64,000 nucleotides of DNA from Desulfomonilia bacterium (GTDB lineage Bacteria > Desulfobacterota > Desulfomonilia > UBA1062). This document shows, in pieces, positions 40,803 through 49,747 of the stretch (position 1 is its first letter; every line of letters begins with the position of its first letter). The translations under genes were made by a program, and so were the position numbers. The DNA lies in NCBI GenBank assembly GCA_050014195.1, contig JBEKDT010000001.1:410024-474023 (forward strand), in the 5' to 3' direction. The notes below the pieces were generated by a model. It was not told the origin of the DNA. It saw only the letters and a list, made by a program, of their open reading frames with translations, and ran no database searches.

Positions 40803-41626
40803 GAGGTTACCTCGTGGATCTTTTTCAGCTGTACTAAAAGAGGTTCCAGCCGATCGAGCCTCAGGCTGTTCGGGCCGTCGCTGAGTGCCTGATCCGGGTT
40901 GTCGTGCACCTCCAGGAAGATACCGTCAAGCCCGAAGGCCACACCGGCCCGGGCAAGCTGAACGATATACTCGGCATTGCCACCCGATGATGAGCCCTGT
41001 CCTCCGGGGAGTTGGAGACTGTGGGTCACATCGAGGATTACGGGAAAGCCGAGCGAACGCATGACGGCAAGGCTCCTCAAATCGCACACCAGGTTGTTGT
41101 AGCCCAGACTCACTCCGCGTTCGGTAAGGATAATAGCATTGTTCCCGGTGCTTTGCACCTTTGCTGTTACATTGCCCATGTCCCAGGGTGCCATGAACTG
41201 TCCCTTCTTGATGTTTACCGGCAGGCCCGTCTTGCCTGCTGCAACGAGGAGATCGGTCTGCCTGCACAGAAAGGCAGGGATCTGGAGCATGTCCAGGACA
41301 TGAGCGGCAGGACCTGCCTGCAAAGGGTCGTGGATGTCCGAGGTGACGGGGATGGAAAGACGTTTCTTGATATCCAGAAGGATATGAAGGCCCATCTCGA
41401 GACCGGGCCCCCGGTATGAATCGATGGATGAGCGGTTCGCCTTATCAAAGGATGCCTTGAAGATATAGGGGATCCCCATGCGGGAGGTGATATCGCGAAT
41501 ACTTTCCGCCATGAACAGGGCATGGTCCTGCGATTCAATGACGCACGGGCCCGCGACCAGCACCAGATCGCCGGAACCGATAGTGATGTCATGAATCTTT
41601 ACCTTTTGCATATACCCCTGCCGCAC
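40799..41626 (-). CDS. kdsA: 2-dehydro-3-deoxyphosphooctonate aldolase (KDO8P synthase)
   Basis: LVLVAGPCVIES...IPYIFKASFDKANRSS; 275 aa. The start may be the internal M at about 41611. Confidence 0.9.
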   Translation of the reverse strand: MRQGYMQKVKIHDITIGSGDLVLVAGPCVIESQDHALFMAESIRDITSRMGIPYIFKASFDKANRSSIDSYRGPGLEMGLHILLDIKKRLSIPVTSDIHDPLQAGPAAHVLDMLQIPAFLCRQTDLLVAAGKTGLPVNIKKGQFMAPWDMGNVTAKVQSTGNNAIILTERGVSLGYNNLVCDLRSLAVMRSLGFPVILDVTHSLQLPGGQGSSSGGNAEYIVQLARAGVAFGLDGIFLEVHDNPDQALSDGPNSLRLDRLEPLLVQLKKIHEVTS

Positions 41627-41804
41627 GTGATTACTTTAGCCGCCGATCCAAAATGATAATCGGTGCTCCTGCTAGGGGATTTATCGTATGGTACGTGGGG
41701 TGTCAAGCAATCAGAAGATCAAAACACGCTAAAAGAGCACGGCTGTTTAGAGGGGCCGGGATAGGGGTTGACTACTCGATTCTGGATACTAATTATCTTT
41801 CTCC

Positions 41805-43532
41805 GTGACCATGAAGGCATACCCGAGGGAAGATCTATCCATTGTGCTTTCCGGTGAAGCAGGACAGGGCCTGCAGACCTTGGAACAGCTGATGCTGAAG
41901 GTCTTCAAGCTCTCAGGATACCATGTCTTTTCCTATAGCGAATTCATGTCGAGGATCAGGGGTGGGAACAACTCCACCCAGATACGGATCTCTGCAAAGA
42001 GGGTTGCGTCTTACCTCAGAAGGATCGATATATTCGTTCCGCTCAATGCCGGCGCCATGGAACGGTTTCACGACCGGATAACCCGTGAAACGGTCATCCT
42101 GGGCGATCGTACATTCATTGACAAACAGTACTTCGATGAGGGCTATCCCATTGGGGAGGTACCCATTGGAGAAATTGCCAGGGGGATCGGCGGACCGGTT
42201 TATACGAATATCCTCGTGCTCGGGATATTTGCAGGGCTCTTAGGGCTTGAAATGGGTCTGCTTGAAAATCAGGTGAGGCAATTCTTCAGCAAAGCCGGAG
42301 ATGAACGTACCGGCAAGAACATTGATGCGGTAAGGAAGGGCTTCGACACAGGCTCTCACGTGCTTAAATCGGGCCAGGTCCTTCCCGTCATCACAAAATC
42401 GGAAGAAGTGAAGAATGAGCTCCTCATGAACGGTGTCGATGCAATAGGCATAGGAGGTCTTGCCGGAGGATGCACGTTCGTCTCATCCTACCCCATGTCT
42501 CCATCAACCGATGTCCTGGTGTTTTATGCCAGGAATGCACACGATTTCGGGCTGGTGGTGGAACAGGCGGAAGATGAAATAAGCGCCGTCAACATGGCAC
42601 TTGGTTCCTGGTATGCCGGGGGGAGGGCTTTGGTGACTACCTCAGGGGGAGGATTTGCGCTGATGGTGGAGGGGGTGAGCCTTGCCGGATGCATCGAGTC
42701 TCCCCTGGTCATCCATATCGGCCAGCGCCCCGGCCCTGCAACAGGCCTTCCTACCCGCACCGAACAGGCTGACCTGGAGCATGCCCTCTACTCCGGCCAT
42801 GGTGAATTCCCCAGGCTGATCCTGGCGCCCGGTACCATAGAAGAGGGGTTCTGGCTTACACGCCATGCCTTCCGGATGGCAGATAAGTACCATATCCCTG
42901 TTTTTATCCTTACGGATCAGCACTATCTCGAATCCAATCATACCTTGAACCGCCTGGATATCCCGGAGCCGTTAAACGAGAGCTTTATCAAAGAGACAGA
43001 CACCGCATATAAACGCTATTTGTTCACGGAAAGCGGCATCTCACCAAGGGGCATACCCGGCTTCGGCCAGGGGCTGGTTTGCGTGGACAGCGACGAACAT
43101 GATGAGAACGGATATATCACGGAAGACTGTTCGGTGCGATCTTCCATGGTTGAGAAGCGGCTTCGGAAACTTAAGGCCATGGAAACCGACACGATAGCGC
43201 CGACACTCACCGGAGGGGATGACTATCGGCATCTTGTCGTCGGGTGGGGTTCGACCTATAACGTCGTCAAGGAGGCCCTGGAAATCCTCCAACGAAAAGA
43301 CCTCTCCTTCCTGCACTTCTCCCAGGTGTATCCACTCCACCCGAAGGCCCGTGAACTCATCAATCGGGCAAAAAAAAGGTTCATCATCGAGAACAATGCC
43401 ACGGCCCAGTTCGGAAAATTGATCAGACTGCATACAGGAATCGAGCTTGATGGGAAGATTCTCAAGTTCGACGGCATGCCGTTCATGCTCGAAGAAGTCG
43501 TAGAGCAGCTGGATGCCCTGATGGGAAGGTGA
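41805..43532 (+). CDS. korA: 2-oxoacid:ferredoxin oxidoreductase, fused gamma/alpha subunit
   Basis: An N-terminal gamma-like domain is followed by a pyruvate-flavodoxin/ferredoxin-oxidoreductase alpha domain (GYPMSPSTD); 575 aa. Confidence 0.8.
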   Translation: MTMKAYPREDLSIVLSGEAGQGLQTLEQLMLKVFKLSGYHVFSYSEFMSRIRGGNNSTQIRISAKRVASYLRRIDIFVPLNAGAMERFHDRITRETVILGDRTFIDKQYFDEGYPIGEVPIGEIARGIGGPVYTNILVLGIFAGLLGLEMGLLENQVRQFFSKAGDERTGKNIDAVRKGFDTGSHVLKSGQVLPVITKSEEVKNELLMNGVDAIGIGGLAGGCTFVSSYPMSPSTDVLVFYARNAHDFGLVVEQAEDEISAVNMALGSWYAGGRALVTTSGGGFALMVEGVSLAGCIESPLVIHIGQRPGPATGLPTRTEQADLEHALYSGHGEFPRLILAPGTIEEGFWLTRHAFRMADKYHIPVFILTDQHYLESNHTLNRLDIPEPLNESFIKETDTAYKRYLFTESGISPRGIPGFGQGLVCVDSDEHDENGYITEDCSVRSSMVEKRLRKLKAMETDTIAPTLTGGDDYRHLVVGWGSTYNVVKEALEILQRKDLSFLHFSQVYPLHPKARELINRAKKRFIIENNATAQFGKLIRLHTGIELDGKILKFDGMPFMLEEVVEQLDALMGR

Positions 43533-43535
43533 GGA

Positions 43536-44399
43536 ATGGGAACGGAATTCGACATTGATTACCCTGCGGATATTGCGTGGTGCCCCGGATGCGGAAACTA
43601 TCATATCCTCACGGCGCTCAAGGCCGCTCTTTCGGAGCTGGCACTCCATCCGGCATCGCTCGTCTTCGTATCCGGAATCGGACAGGCGGCCAAGACCCCT
43701 CAATATCTGAAGACCAACTACTTTAACGGCCTCCATGGGAGATCTCTGCCTGTTGCCACGGCGGTCAAGGTGACGAATCCGGAGCTTACGGTCATTGCTC
43801 AGAGTGGTGATGGATGCATGTACGGCGAAGGGGGCAACCATTTCCTCCATGCCATTCGAAGAAACCCGGACATCACGGTGATCATCCACAACAATATGGT
43901 GTACGGGCTTACCAAGGGACAGGCATCTCCCACGAGCATGCGGGGCTTTGTTACACCCATACAGGTGGGTGGGGTATGCATGGAGCCCTTCAATCCTCTG
44001 GCCCTTGCCATTGCCCTGAATGCATCGTTTGTTGCGAGGGCCAATGCAGGGGACGAGGAGCAGACAAAGGAAATCCTGAAAAAGGCCATCACTCATAAAG
44101 GATTCGCAATCGTTGACATATTGCAACCCTGCGTATCATTCAACAGGGTTAACACCTACCAGTGGTACAAGGATCATACGTATTATCTCGATGATTCCCA
44201 CAATCCATCCGACAGGGATGCCGCCTTCTCAGCAGCAACCCGATCGGACAGGTTTGCCCTGGGACTGATTTATATCGGTTCAGGAATACCCACCTTCTCC
44301 GAGTGTCAGGATGTCTATAAGACCGATCCCCGGCCGCTCTATCAACATATGGCGAGCCGTGAAAAGATCGAATCCTTGCTGAATGCAAAGAGGATATGA
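43536..44399 (+). CDS. korB: 2-oxoacid:ferredoxin oxidoreductase beta subunit (TPP-binding)
   Basis: CPGCGNY...GDGC..YGEGGNH...[11 protein letters not shown]-binding motifs; 287 aa. Confidence 0.85.
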   Translation: MGTEFDIDYPADIAWCPGCGNYHILTALKAALSELALHPASLVFVSGIGQAAKTPQYLKTNYFNGLHGRSLPVATAVKVTNPELTVIAQSGDGCMYGEGGNHFLHAIRRNPDITVIIHNNMVYGLTKGQASPTSMRGFVTPIQVGGVCMEPFNPLALAIALNASFVARANAGDEEQTKEILKKAITHKGFAIVDILQPCVSFNRVNTYQWYKDHTYYLDDSHNPSDRDAAFSAATRSDRFALGLIYIGSGIPTFSECQDVYKTDPRPLYQHMASREKIESLLNAKRI

Positions 44400-45196
44400 G
44401 AATGAACCTTACAGGCAGGGTAGCCGTCATAACCGGTGCAGGACGAGGTCTTGGCAAGGCTATAGCCCTTGCTTTTGAACTATCAGGTGCCAATGTTACT
44501 TTGTTCAGCCTGTTGGAGGATGAACTGAAAGATATCGCCGCCGACCTTGAAAAGCTCGGCGGAGAATATCTCCTGCATACCGGAGATGTGTCGGATGAGC
44601 ATGATGCGGCTTCTGTGGTTGCTGAAACTTTTGCACGGTTCAGCAGAATAGACATCCTTGTGAACAATGCAGGCATCATCGGGCCGGCGCGGTTCCTTGA
44701 GGATGCCGTGCCGTCAGAATGGAAGCAGACATTAGATGTGAATCTTACCGGAAGCTATCTCTTTTGCCGGGAGGTGATTCCTTACATGATCAAACAGGGA
44801 GGCGGTAAAATCATCAATATCGTTTCCGGACTCGGGCAGATGCCGTTCCCGCGTTTCTGTGCATATTCGGTATCCAAAGCCGGTCTCATCCAGCTTACTC
44901 GGTCGCTCTCTGAAGAATTGAACCCCTTCAATATTCAGGTTAATGCCATCGATCCCGGCCTGATGGATACAACTATGGGAAATGAAATTCGCGCTATGGG
45001 CCCTGACGCACTTGGCCAGGGCCTGTACAACCAGATGATCGGGTATAAGGAGCAGGGTATATTAAAAGACCCCAGAGACATAGCGGATCTCGCGGCATTT
45101 CTTGCATCATCCGATTCAGGGGATATGACAGGTCATATCGGAACCACGAAATACTACCGTACTCTCGGATGGAAACCAAGCGAGCCGAATATTTAG
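44396..45196 (+). CDS. SDR family oxidoreductase
   Basis: [10 protein letters not shown] cofactor motif, NNAG, and the YSVSKAG catalytic Tyr/Lys; 266 aa. Confidence 0.85.
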   Translation: MRMNLTGRVAVITGAGRGLGKAIALAFELSGANVTLFSLLEDELKDIAADLEKLGGEYLLHTGDVSDEHDAASVVAETFARFSRIDILVNNAGIIGPARFLEDAVPSEWKQTLDVNLTGSYLFCREVIPYMIKQGGGKIINIVSGLGQMPFPRFCAYSVSKAGLIQLTRSLSEELNPFNIQVNAIDPGLMDTTMGNEIRAMGPDALGQGLYNQMIGYKEQGILKDPRDIADLAAFLASSDSGDMTGHIGTTKYYRTLGWKPSEPNI

Positions 45197-45476
45197 CAAG
45201 TACTCCTTTTTTAAATCATATCAACACCGATCTTCATCCTAAGATTCGATATTCCTGCGAAAAAGGATTTGTCCTGTCCCACAAGACAATCAGCGATAAA
45301 CCACAAGGAATGAGGAAACCCGTAGATGCTAATAATATAATGAAATTATTTAACATTAAATATTCTACCGCGATGGCACGCCTATTGAATACATCAGATG
45401 ATAAGAGATATGAGTGCCAGCCATGTAATCAAAGGCAGGACTCGGGTTATGAAGATTAATCACGTGGAGGTTAGTC

Positions 45477-45740
45477 ATGAATTCATATACGGAATCAAGC
45501 TTAGGCAAGGATGGATCGAACACTACGAGAATAACCACACTCTACGATCTTATGGAAGAGATCAATGCAGAACAGATCAGCCCACAAAGGGATCCAGGCA
45601 GTTACAGTATCCAGGACCCTGCGGGGAATGGTCGATTCAGTCCGGCGGCAGAGAAGGTTTTTCAGATGTTTGAATCGGGACAAATCAGGTTCAAGAATCT
45701 CCAGGATGTCAAAAGAAAATATGCTGGGTGGCTATTCTGA
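45477..45740 (+). CDS. Hypothetical small protein
   Basis: 87-aa ORF in an AT-rich spacer between the SDR and sigma-factor genes. There is no recognisable motif, so the coding status is uncertain. Confidence 0.3.
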   Translation: MNSYTESSLGKDGSNTTRITTLYDLMEEINAEQISPQRDPGSYSIQDPAGNGRFSPAAEKVFQMFESGQIRFKNLQDVKRKYAGWLF

Positions 45741-45805
45741 CATCAGTCATGAACACCAAGGTTAAATTCGGCAATAAATGCCACGCCTGACGGCATGGTA
45801 ATTCT

Positions 45806-46606
45806 ATGGGGAAGGAAATACCTATGGACAACTCTTATGATTATATGGATTTTCAACAATACTACAGGGAAATTCAGCAATACCCAACTCTAACCCATGA
45901 GAAAGAGTATGAACTGGCAAAACAATATCAAAAGGGCGACGAAGCTGCCGGACAGCAATTAATCCAGGCGAACCTCAGGTTTGTGGTGAGGGTGAGCAGG
46001 AAATATTTTTATTGCGGTCACCATTGCCTCGAGATCATTCAGGAAGGAAACCTTGGTCTCATCAGAGCCCTTAATCGTTTTGACCCTGAGCGAGGGATAC
46101 CTTTTGTCTACTATGCAGTTTGGTGGGTTGAAGCCTTCATCAAGGCTTTCATGCACAAGAGCGGAAAGGTGAACACGGGGAGTCTGAGTCATGCCAAGAA
46201 ATTGCACTCATTGGATGAACACCTTGGAAACGATGACGATAAAGACCGATGGATTGATTTTCTCACAGATGGTGCTGATCCGGAGAAAATGTATAATGGC
46301 AGGGAGTCATCTCAAAATATTTCATCCGTACTCCATCATTGCTTCACCTTCCTCTCTCCAAGGGAAATATCTGTCCTGAAACAACGATTTTATTCTGATC
46401 CGCCTGTTAAGCTTAAGGAAATAGGGATGCAACTTGGTGTAAGCAGAGAACGTGTCAGACAAATCCAGACAAGATCCATGGAAAAATTAAAACAAATTTT
46501 AGAAGATCAGGTAAAGGGCCTTTGGGAGTCAACAACCCATGATTCCCATCCACTCACCGAGATCAATCAACTGGGGTTTATACGGAGAGGAGAATATCAA
46601 AACTGA
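45806..46606 (+). CDS. RNA polymerase sigma factor, sigma-70 family (group 3-like)
   Basis: Region 2 (IQEGNLGLIRALNRFDPERG...YAVWWVEAFI) and region 4 HTH (REISVLKQRF...EIGMQLGVSRERVRQIQTRSMEKLK); 266 aa. The start may be the ATG at 45824. Confidence 0.8.
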   Translation: MGKEIPMDNSYDYMDFQQYYREIQQYPTLTHEKEYELAKQYQKGDEAAGQQLIQANLRFVVRVSRKYFYCGHHCLEIIQEGNLGLIRALNRFDPERGIPFVYYAVWWVEAFIKAFMHKSGKVNTGSLSHAKKLHSLDEHLGNDDDKDRWIDFLTDGADPEKMYNGRESSQNISSVLHHCFTFLSPREISVLKQRFYSDPPVKLKEIGMQLGVSRERVRQIQTRSMEKLKQILEDQVKGLWESTTHDSHPLTEINQLGFIRRGEYQN

Positions 46607-46663
46607 AGTATCCCTCTTTACTGAAACACTCTGGCATGTTTTGATCTAAGATTTCTTTACATC

Positions 46664-48094
46664 TTGGAGAAAAGACTTTATCATGTTCAAGTGCCCATAG
46701 GTAATCAGGAAAAGATACTTGTTATCGATGATGACAATCTTGTCTGCAGTTCCATAGCAAACGTTGCTAAAGCCTTGGGATACAATGCTACGACAGCCCT
46801 TACCCTGAAAGAAGGCATCGAGTCGGTTAACAAGGAACCGTATGATGTAGTGTTTCTTGATGTGCATATGCCTGATGGGAACGGGATCGAAATGCTTCCC
46901 AAAATCTGCCAGAGTGGCGGCCGACCTGAAGTTATCGTCATAACCGCCTATGGAGATCCGGAATCAGTCGAGACAGCCCTTTCCCGGGGGGCCTGGGATT
47001 ACATTGAAAAACCCTTTTCGAAGAACGATCTTGTCCATCTGTTAAAAGATGCAATTCTCTTTCATGAAAGCAATAAGCAACCATTGATCAGCGTAGATTT
47101 TGAGAAAGAGGGGATCATTGGTAAGAGTTCCCAGATGAGAGAATGCCTGGCATTACTAAGCAAGACATTAAACAGTGATGCCAATGTGCTGCTTACCGGC
47201 GAAACAGGAACGGGTAAAGATCTCTTTGCGCTGGCAATCCACAATAACTCCAGCCGCGCCAAGAATAACTTTATTGTGGTCGACTGTGCCTCCTTGCCCC
47301 CGAATCTGGTGGAAAGCATTCTTTTCGGTCACGAGAAGGGATCATATACCAGTGCGGATAAAGCGCAGCAAGGTCTGGTCATACAGGCCCACAGGGGGAC
47401 ACTGTTTCTGGATGAAGTGGGTGAACTCCCCCTGTCCATCCAGCAAAAGTTCCTGCGTATCCTCCAGGAGGGTCGCTTCCGTCCTGTCGGAAAACCCACT
47501 GAGATTGAAAGCGATTTCAGAATCATATCTGCCACAAACCAGAATCTGGACAATTTAGCAGAGATAAAAAGATTCCGAAAAGATCTCCTCTTCAGACTCA
47601 AATCCATCACCATCCATCTCCCTGCACTCAGAGATCGACCCGAGGATATCCTGGAATTGACAAATCACTACCTGCAAAAACTCTGCAAGAAATATGGCAT
47701 GAAACCAAAGCGCCTCAGTACTGCATTTAGAGATACCATCATGCAGTATGCCTGGCCCGGTAATGTACGTGAATTGATTCACGCACTGGAGAGCTCGCTT
47801 ACGGTTGCACATGATAGTGCCATCCTGGTCCCAAAACATCTTCCACACCATATTCATGTGCAGGTGAAGCAAAATACTGTTGCAGCTAAAAAAAAGAAAC
47901 CGCTGCGCATTGCGACAAACAACAGCCTTTCCAGCCTCAATGAGGTGCGGGAAGAGGCTATCGCTGAGATAGAACAGCAGTATCTTAAGGAGTTGATGAT
48001 CCGGACAAAAGCCCATATTGAGACAGCCTGCAGAATATCCGGGCTATCCCGCTCGCGTCTCTACGCCTTGCTGAAGAAGTACAACATATCATAG
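46664..48094 (+). CDS. Sigma-54-dependent response regulator (NtrC family: REC + AAA+ + Fis-type HTH)
   Basis: REC (ILVIDDD...DVVFLDVHMPDGNG), Walker A GETGTGKD, ESxLFGHEKG, and a C-terminal HTH. The GAFTGA loop reads GSYTSA. The start is a TTG at 46664 or a GTG at 46691, so the N-terminus is uncertain. Confidence 0.85.
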   Translation: MEKRLYHVQVPIGNQEKILVIDDDNLVCSSIANVAKALGYNATTALTLKEGIESVNKEPYDVVFLDVHMPDGNGIEMLPKICQSGGRPEVIVITAYGDPESVETALSRGAWDYIEKPFSKNDLVHLLKDAILFHESNKQPLISVDFEKEGIIGKSSQMRECLALLSKTLNSDANVLLTGETGTGKDLFALAIHNNSSRAKNNFIVVDCASLPPNLVESILFGHEKGSYTSADKAQQGLVIQAHRGTLFLDEVGELPLSIQQKFLRILQEGRFRPVGKPTEIESDFRIISATNQNLDNLAEIKRFRKDLLFRLKSITIHLPALRDRPEDILELTNHYLQKLCKKYGMKPKRLSTAFRDTIMQYAWPGNVRELIHALESSLTVAHDSAILVPKHLPHHIHVQVKQNTVAAKKKKPLRIATNNSLSSLNEVREEAIAEIEQQYLKELMIRTKAHIETACRISGLSRSRLYALLKKYNIS

Positions 48095-48243
48095 TATTCT
48101 TGAATCGATATTTCATACGTGCATTCCTGCCGGAAGAGACTAGTCCTCCCACACAGGACAATCAGCATTCACTCTTGAAAGATATGCGTATCATGAAATC
48201 ATGTAACAAACTAATATTACATGCTGTCTCTTAATCTTCAACA

Positions 48244-48258
48244 ATGGCATGGTAATTG
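48244..48258 (+). promoter_or_regulatory. Sigma-54-like -24/-12 element upstream of the PEP-CTERM gene
   Basis: TGGCATG-GTAA-TTGA compared with the consensus TGGCACG-N4-TTGCW. The -24 half is canonical and the -12 GC is replaced by GA. It lies about 47 nt upstream of the ATG at 48305. Confidence 0.3.
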
Positions 48259-48304
48259 AGTATCCTTGTACGAAGGCATCCCAGAGAGAAAGGTACTGAA
48301 CGAT

Positions 48305-48628
48305 ATGGAAAATAAGATTTTGCTGTTGTCAGTAATTATGTTTTTCGGATTCTCGGTCCTTTCAGGGGCTACACCCATTGAATTTAAAAATCGGCATGTA
48401 ATCCTTGGCTATACCCCCATAACCTTGAGACAGCCTTCGGCCCAAGTGGGTAAGGCCTTCTCTGTCGGGGTGCATAACATTAAAAACACACTCGCGTTTT
48501 CTATGAGTGAACTCAAGAATACTTCTGCTCCCGCCCCTCTACCCAAGCCCTCAACCCTTTTTCTTCTTGGTTGTGGAATTATTTTCTCCGTTGGTTTCAG
48601 CAAAAGATACAGGCAACACAAAGAATGA
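48305..48628 (+). CDS. PEP-CTERM-like sorting-signal small secreted protein
   Basis: N-terminal signal peptide (MENKILLLSVIMFFGFSVLSGA). The C-terminus reads PLPKPSTLFLLGCGIIFSVGFSKRYRQHKE, giving a P-x-P motif, a hydrophobic helix and a basic tail. Confidence 0.55.
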   Translation: MENKILLLSVIMFFGFSVLSGATPIEFKNRHVILGYTPITLRQPSAQVGKAFSVGVHNIKNTLAFSMSELKNTSAPAPLPKPSTLFLLGCGIIFSVGFSKRYRQHKE

Positions 48629-48736
48629 CTCACATTCTGTGTTAATGCGTCACTACAGCACTATGACTTAAGCGAAAAGATTAATACCCGGGCAATGATA
48701 CATTGAATACTTGGAGAAATTCAGCAGGAGGTTATC

Positions 48737-49102
48737 ATGAATGCTACTCAGACCGAGACCAGATATTATATTTTCAAGTGTCGAGACCATGAATGCAATG
48801 AAACTATACCGGTAATATCTTTCATCTCTCAATATGCCTTTTCAGCAGGGAGTATCTATCTGAAAAGACAAGCCATTGAGAGAGACTATGACCTCATCAC
48901 CGTCGATGTCATATGTCCGTTCTGCTGCGCAGCAAATCACTTCCAGATAATGGAAAATAAAAAGGAGTTAAGCAGGCAGGATTATGATGAAGCAAGCAAG
49001 GTCATGGAGGTAAAATTGGCGTTGAGACATGAGCTCAATAAGATACTTGCACATGATTACAAGGGTCAGCCAGATGTTGTCTCTACAATACCCTTAAGGT
49101 AA
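48737..49102 (+). CDS. Hypothetical Cys-rich small protein
   Basis: 121 aa with C-x-D-H-E-C and C-P-F-C-C clusters, which may bind zinc. There is no homology call. Confidence 0.4.
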   Translation: MNATQTETRYYIFKCRDHECNETIPVISFISQYAFSAGSIYLKRQAIERDYDLITVDVICPFCCAANHFQIMENKKELSRQDYDEASKVMEVKLALRHELNKILAHDYKGQPDVVSTIPLR

Positions 49103-49747
49103 CTGAGCCAACTAGCCATAAGAAACAAAGCTATAACCCCCATAACTCTTGAGGGAGGGTATCAAGATGACCCTCTCTCGTTTTTTGTAATTTTGCTCAT
49201 CATCACCCACTCATCTCATCTCATCTTCAGCATCATGATCACCCATTCTTCTCGAACACACTCCCTGTAAGATAGCCAATTCCCAGGCTCGAAGCCTTTC
49301 CTCCAGATATAAAGAAGCCCTTGGGGTGTCACAAAAGATCGGACTTGTTCGGATAAGTTTTAAAGAATTTTGGGCTTTGACTGTGCCTTTTCACTGTGTT
49401 AGGGAGAGGCTATCATGAGTAGTGACGAGAGCAGCAGTAGTCATAGATTTTAATACCCTTGTCCCGGTATAGATCGTCTGTCCATGGGCAAGGGAGAGAT
49501 GATCGTGCCGGACATGTACCGTTTGCAATTTTCAGATAACCGGACGATCCTGTCAATAGATACGAGCAGGGTGCGGATGTATGCTGAGACATCACCGAGT
49601 CTCTTTTTGCGGGATGAAAGGATGGTTTTCAAACACCACGGCACATCCATGCCCTGTTCAGAGAAGTGATTTCCCCTGCTTGCAAGAAGCTAGCTTTATC
49701 GGACCTGTGTGCGAACATGTATGTGAAAGCGAAAAGAGGATTTCAGC

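Noticed and set aside
43041-44126. 361-aa minus-strand ORF
   Set aside because: It is antisense to korA/korB, which have clear TPP and PFOR motifs, and it has no coding features of its own.
49103-49747. Possible yybP-ykoY Mn2+ riboswitch upstream of Nramp (GAGUAG-like segment)
   Set aside because: The conserved GGGGAGUAG and UUGUCAAGACA-type elements are not present. In addition, an Mn-ON riboswitch on an Mn importer would be physiologically inverted.
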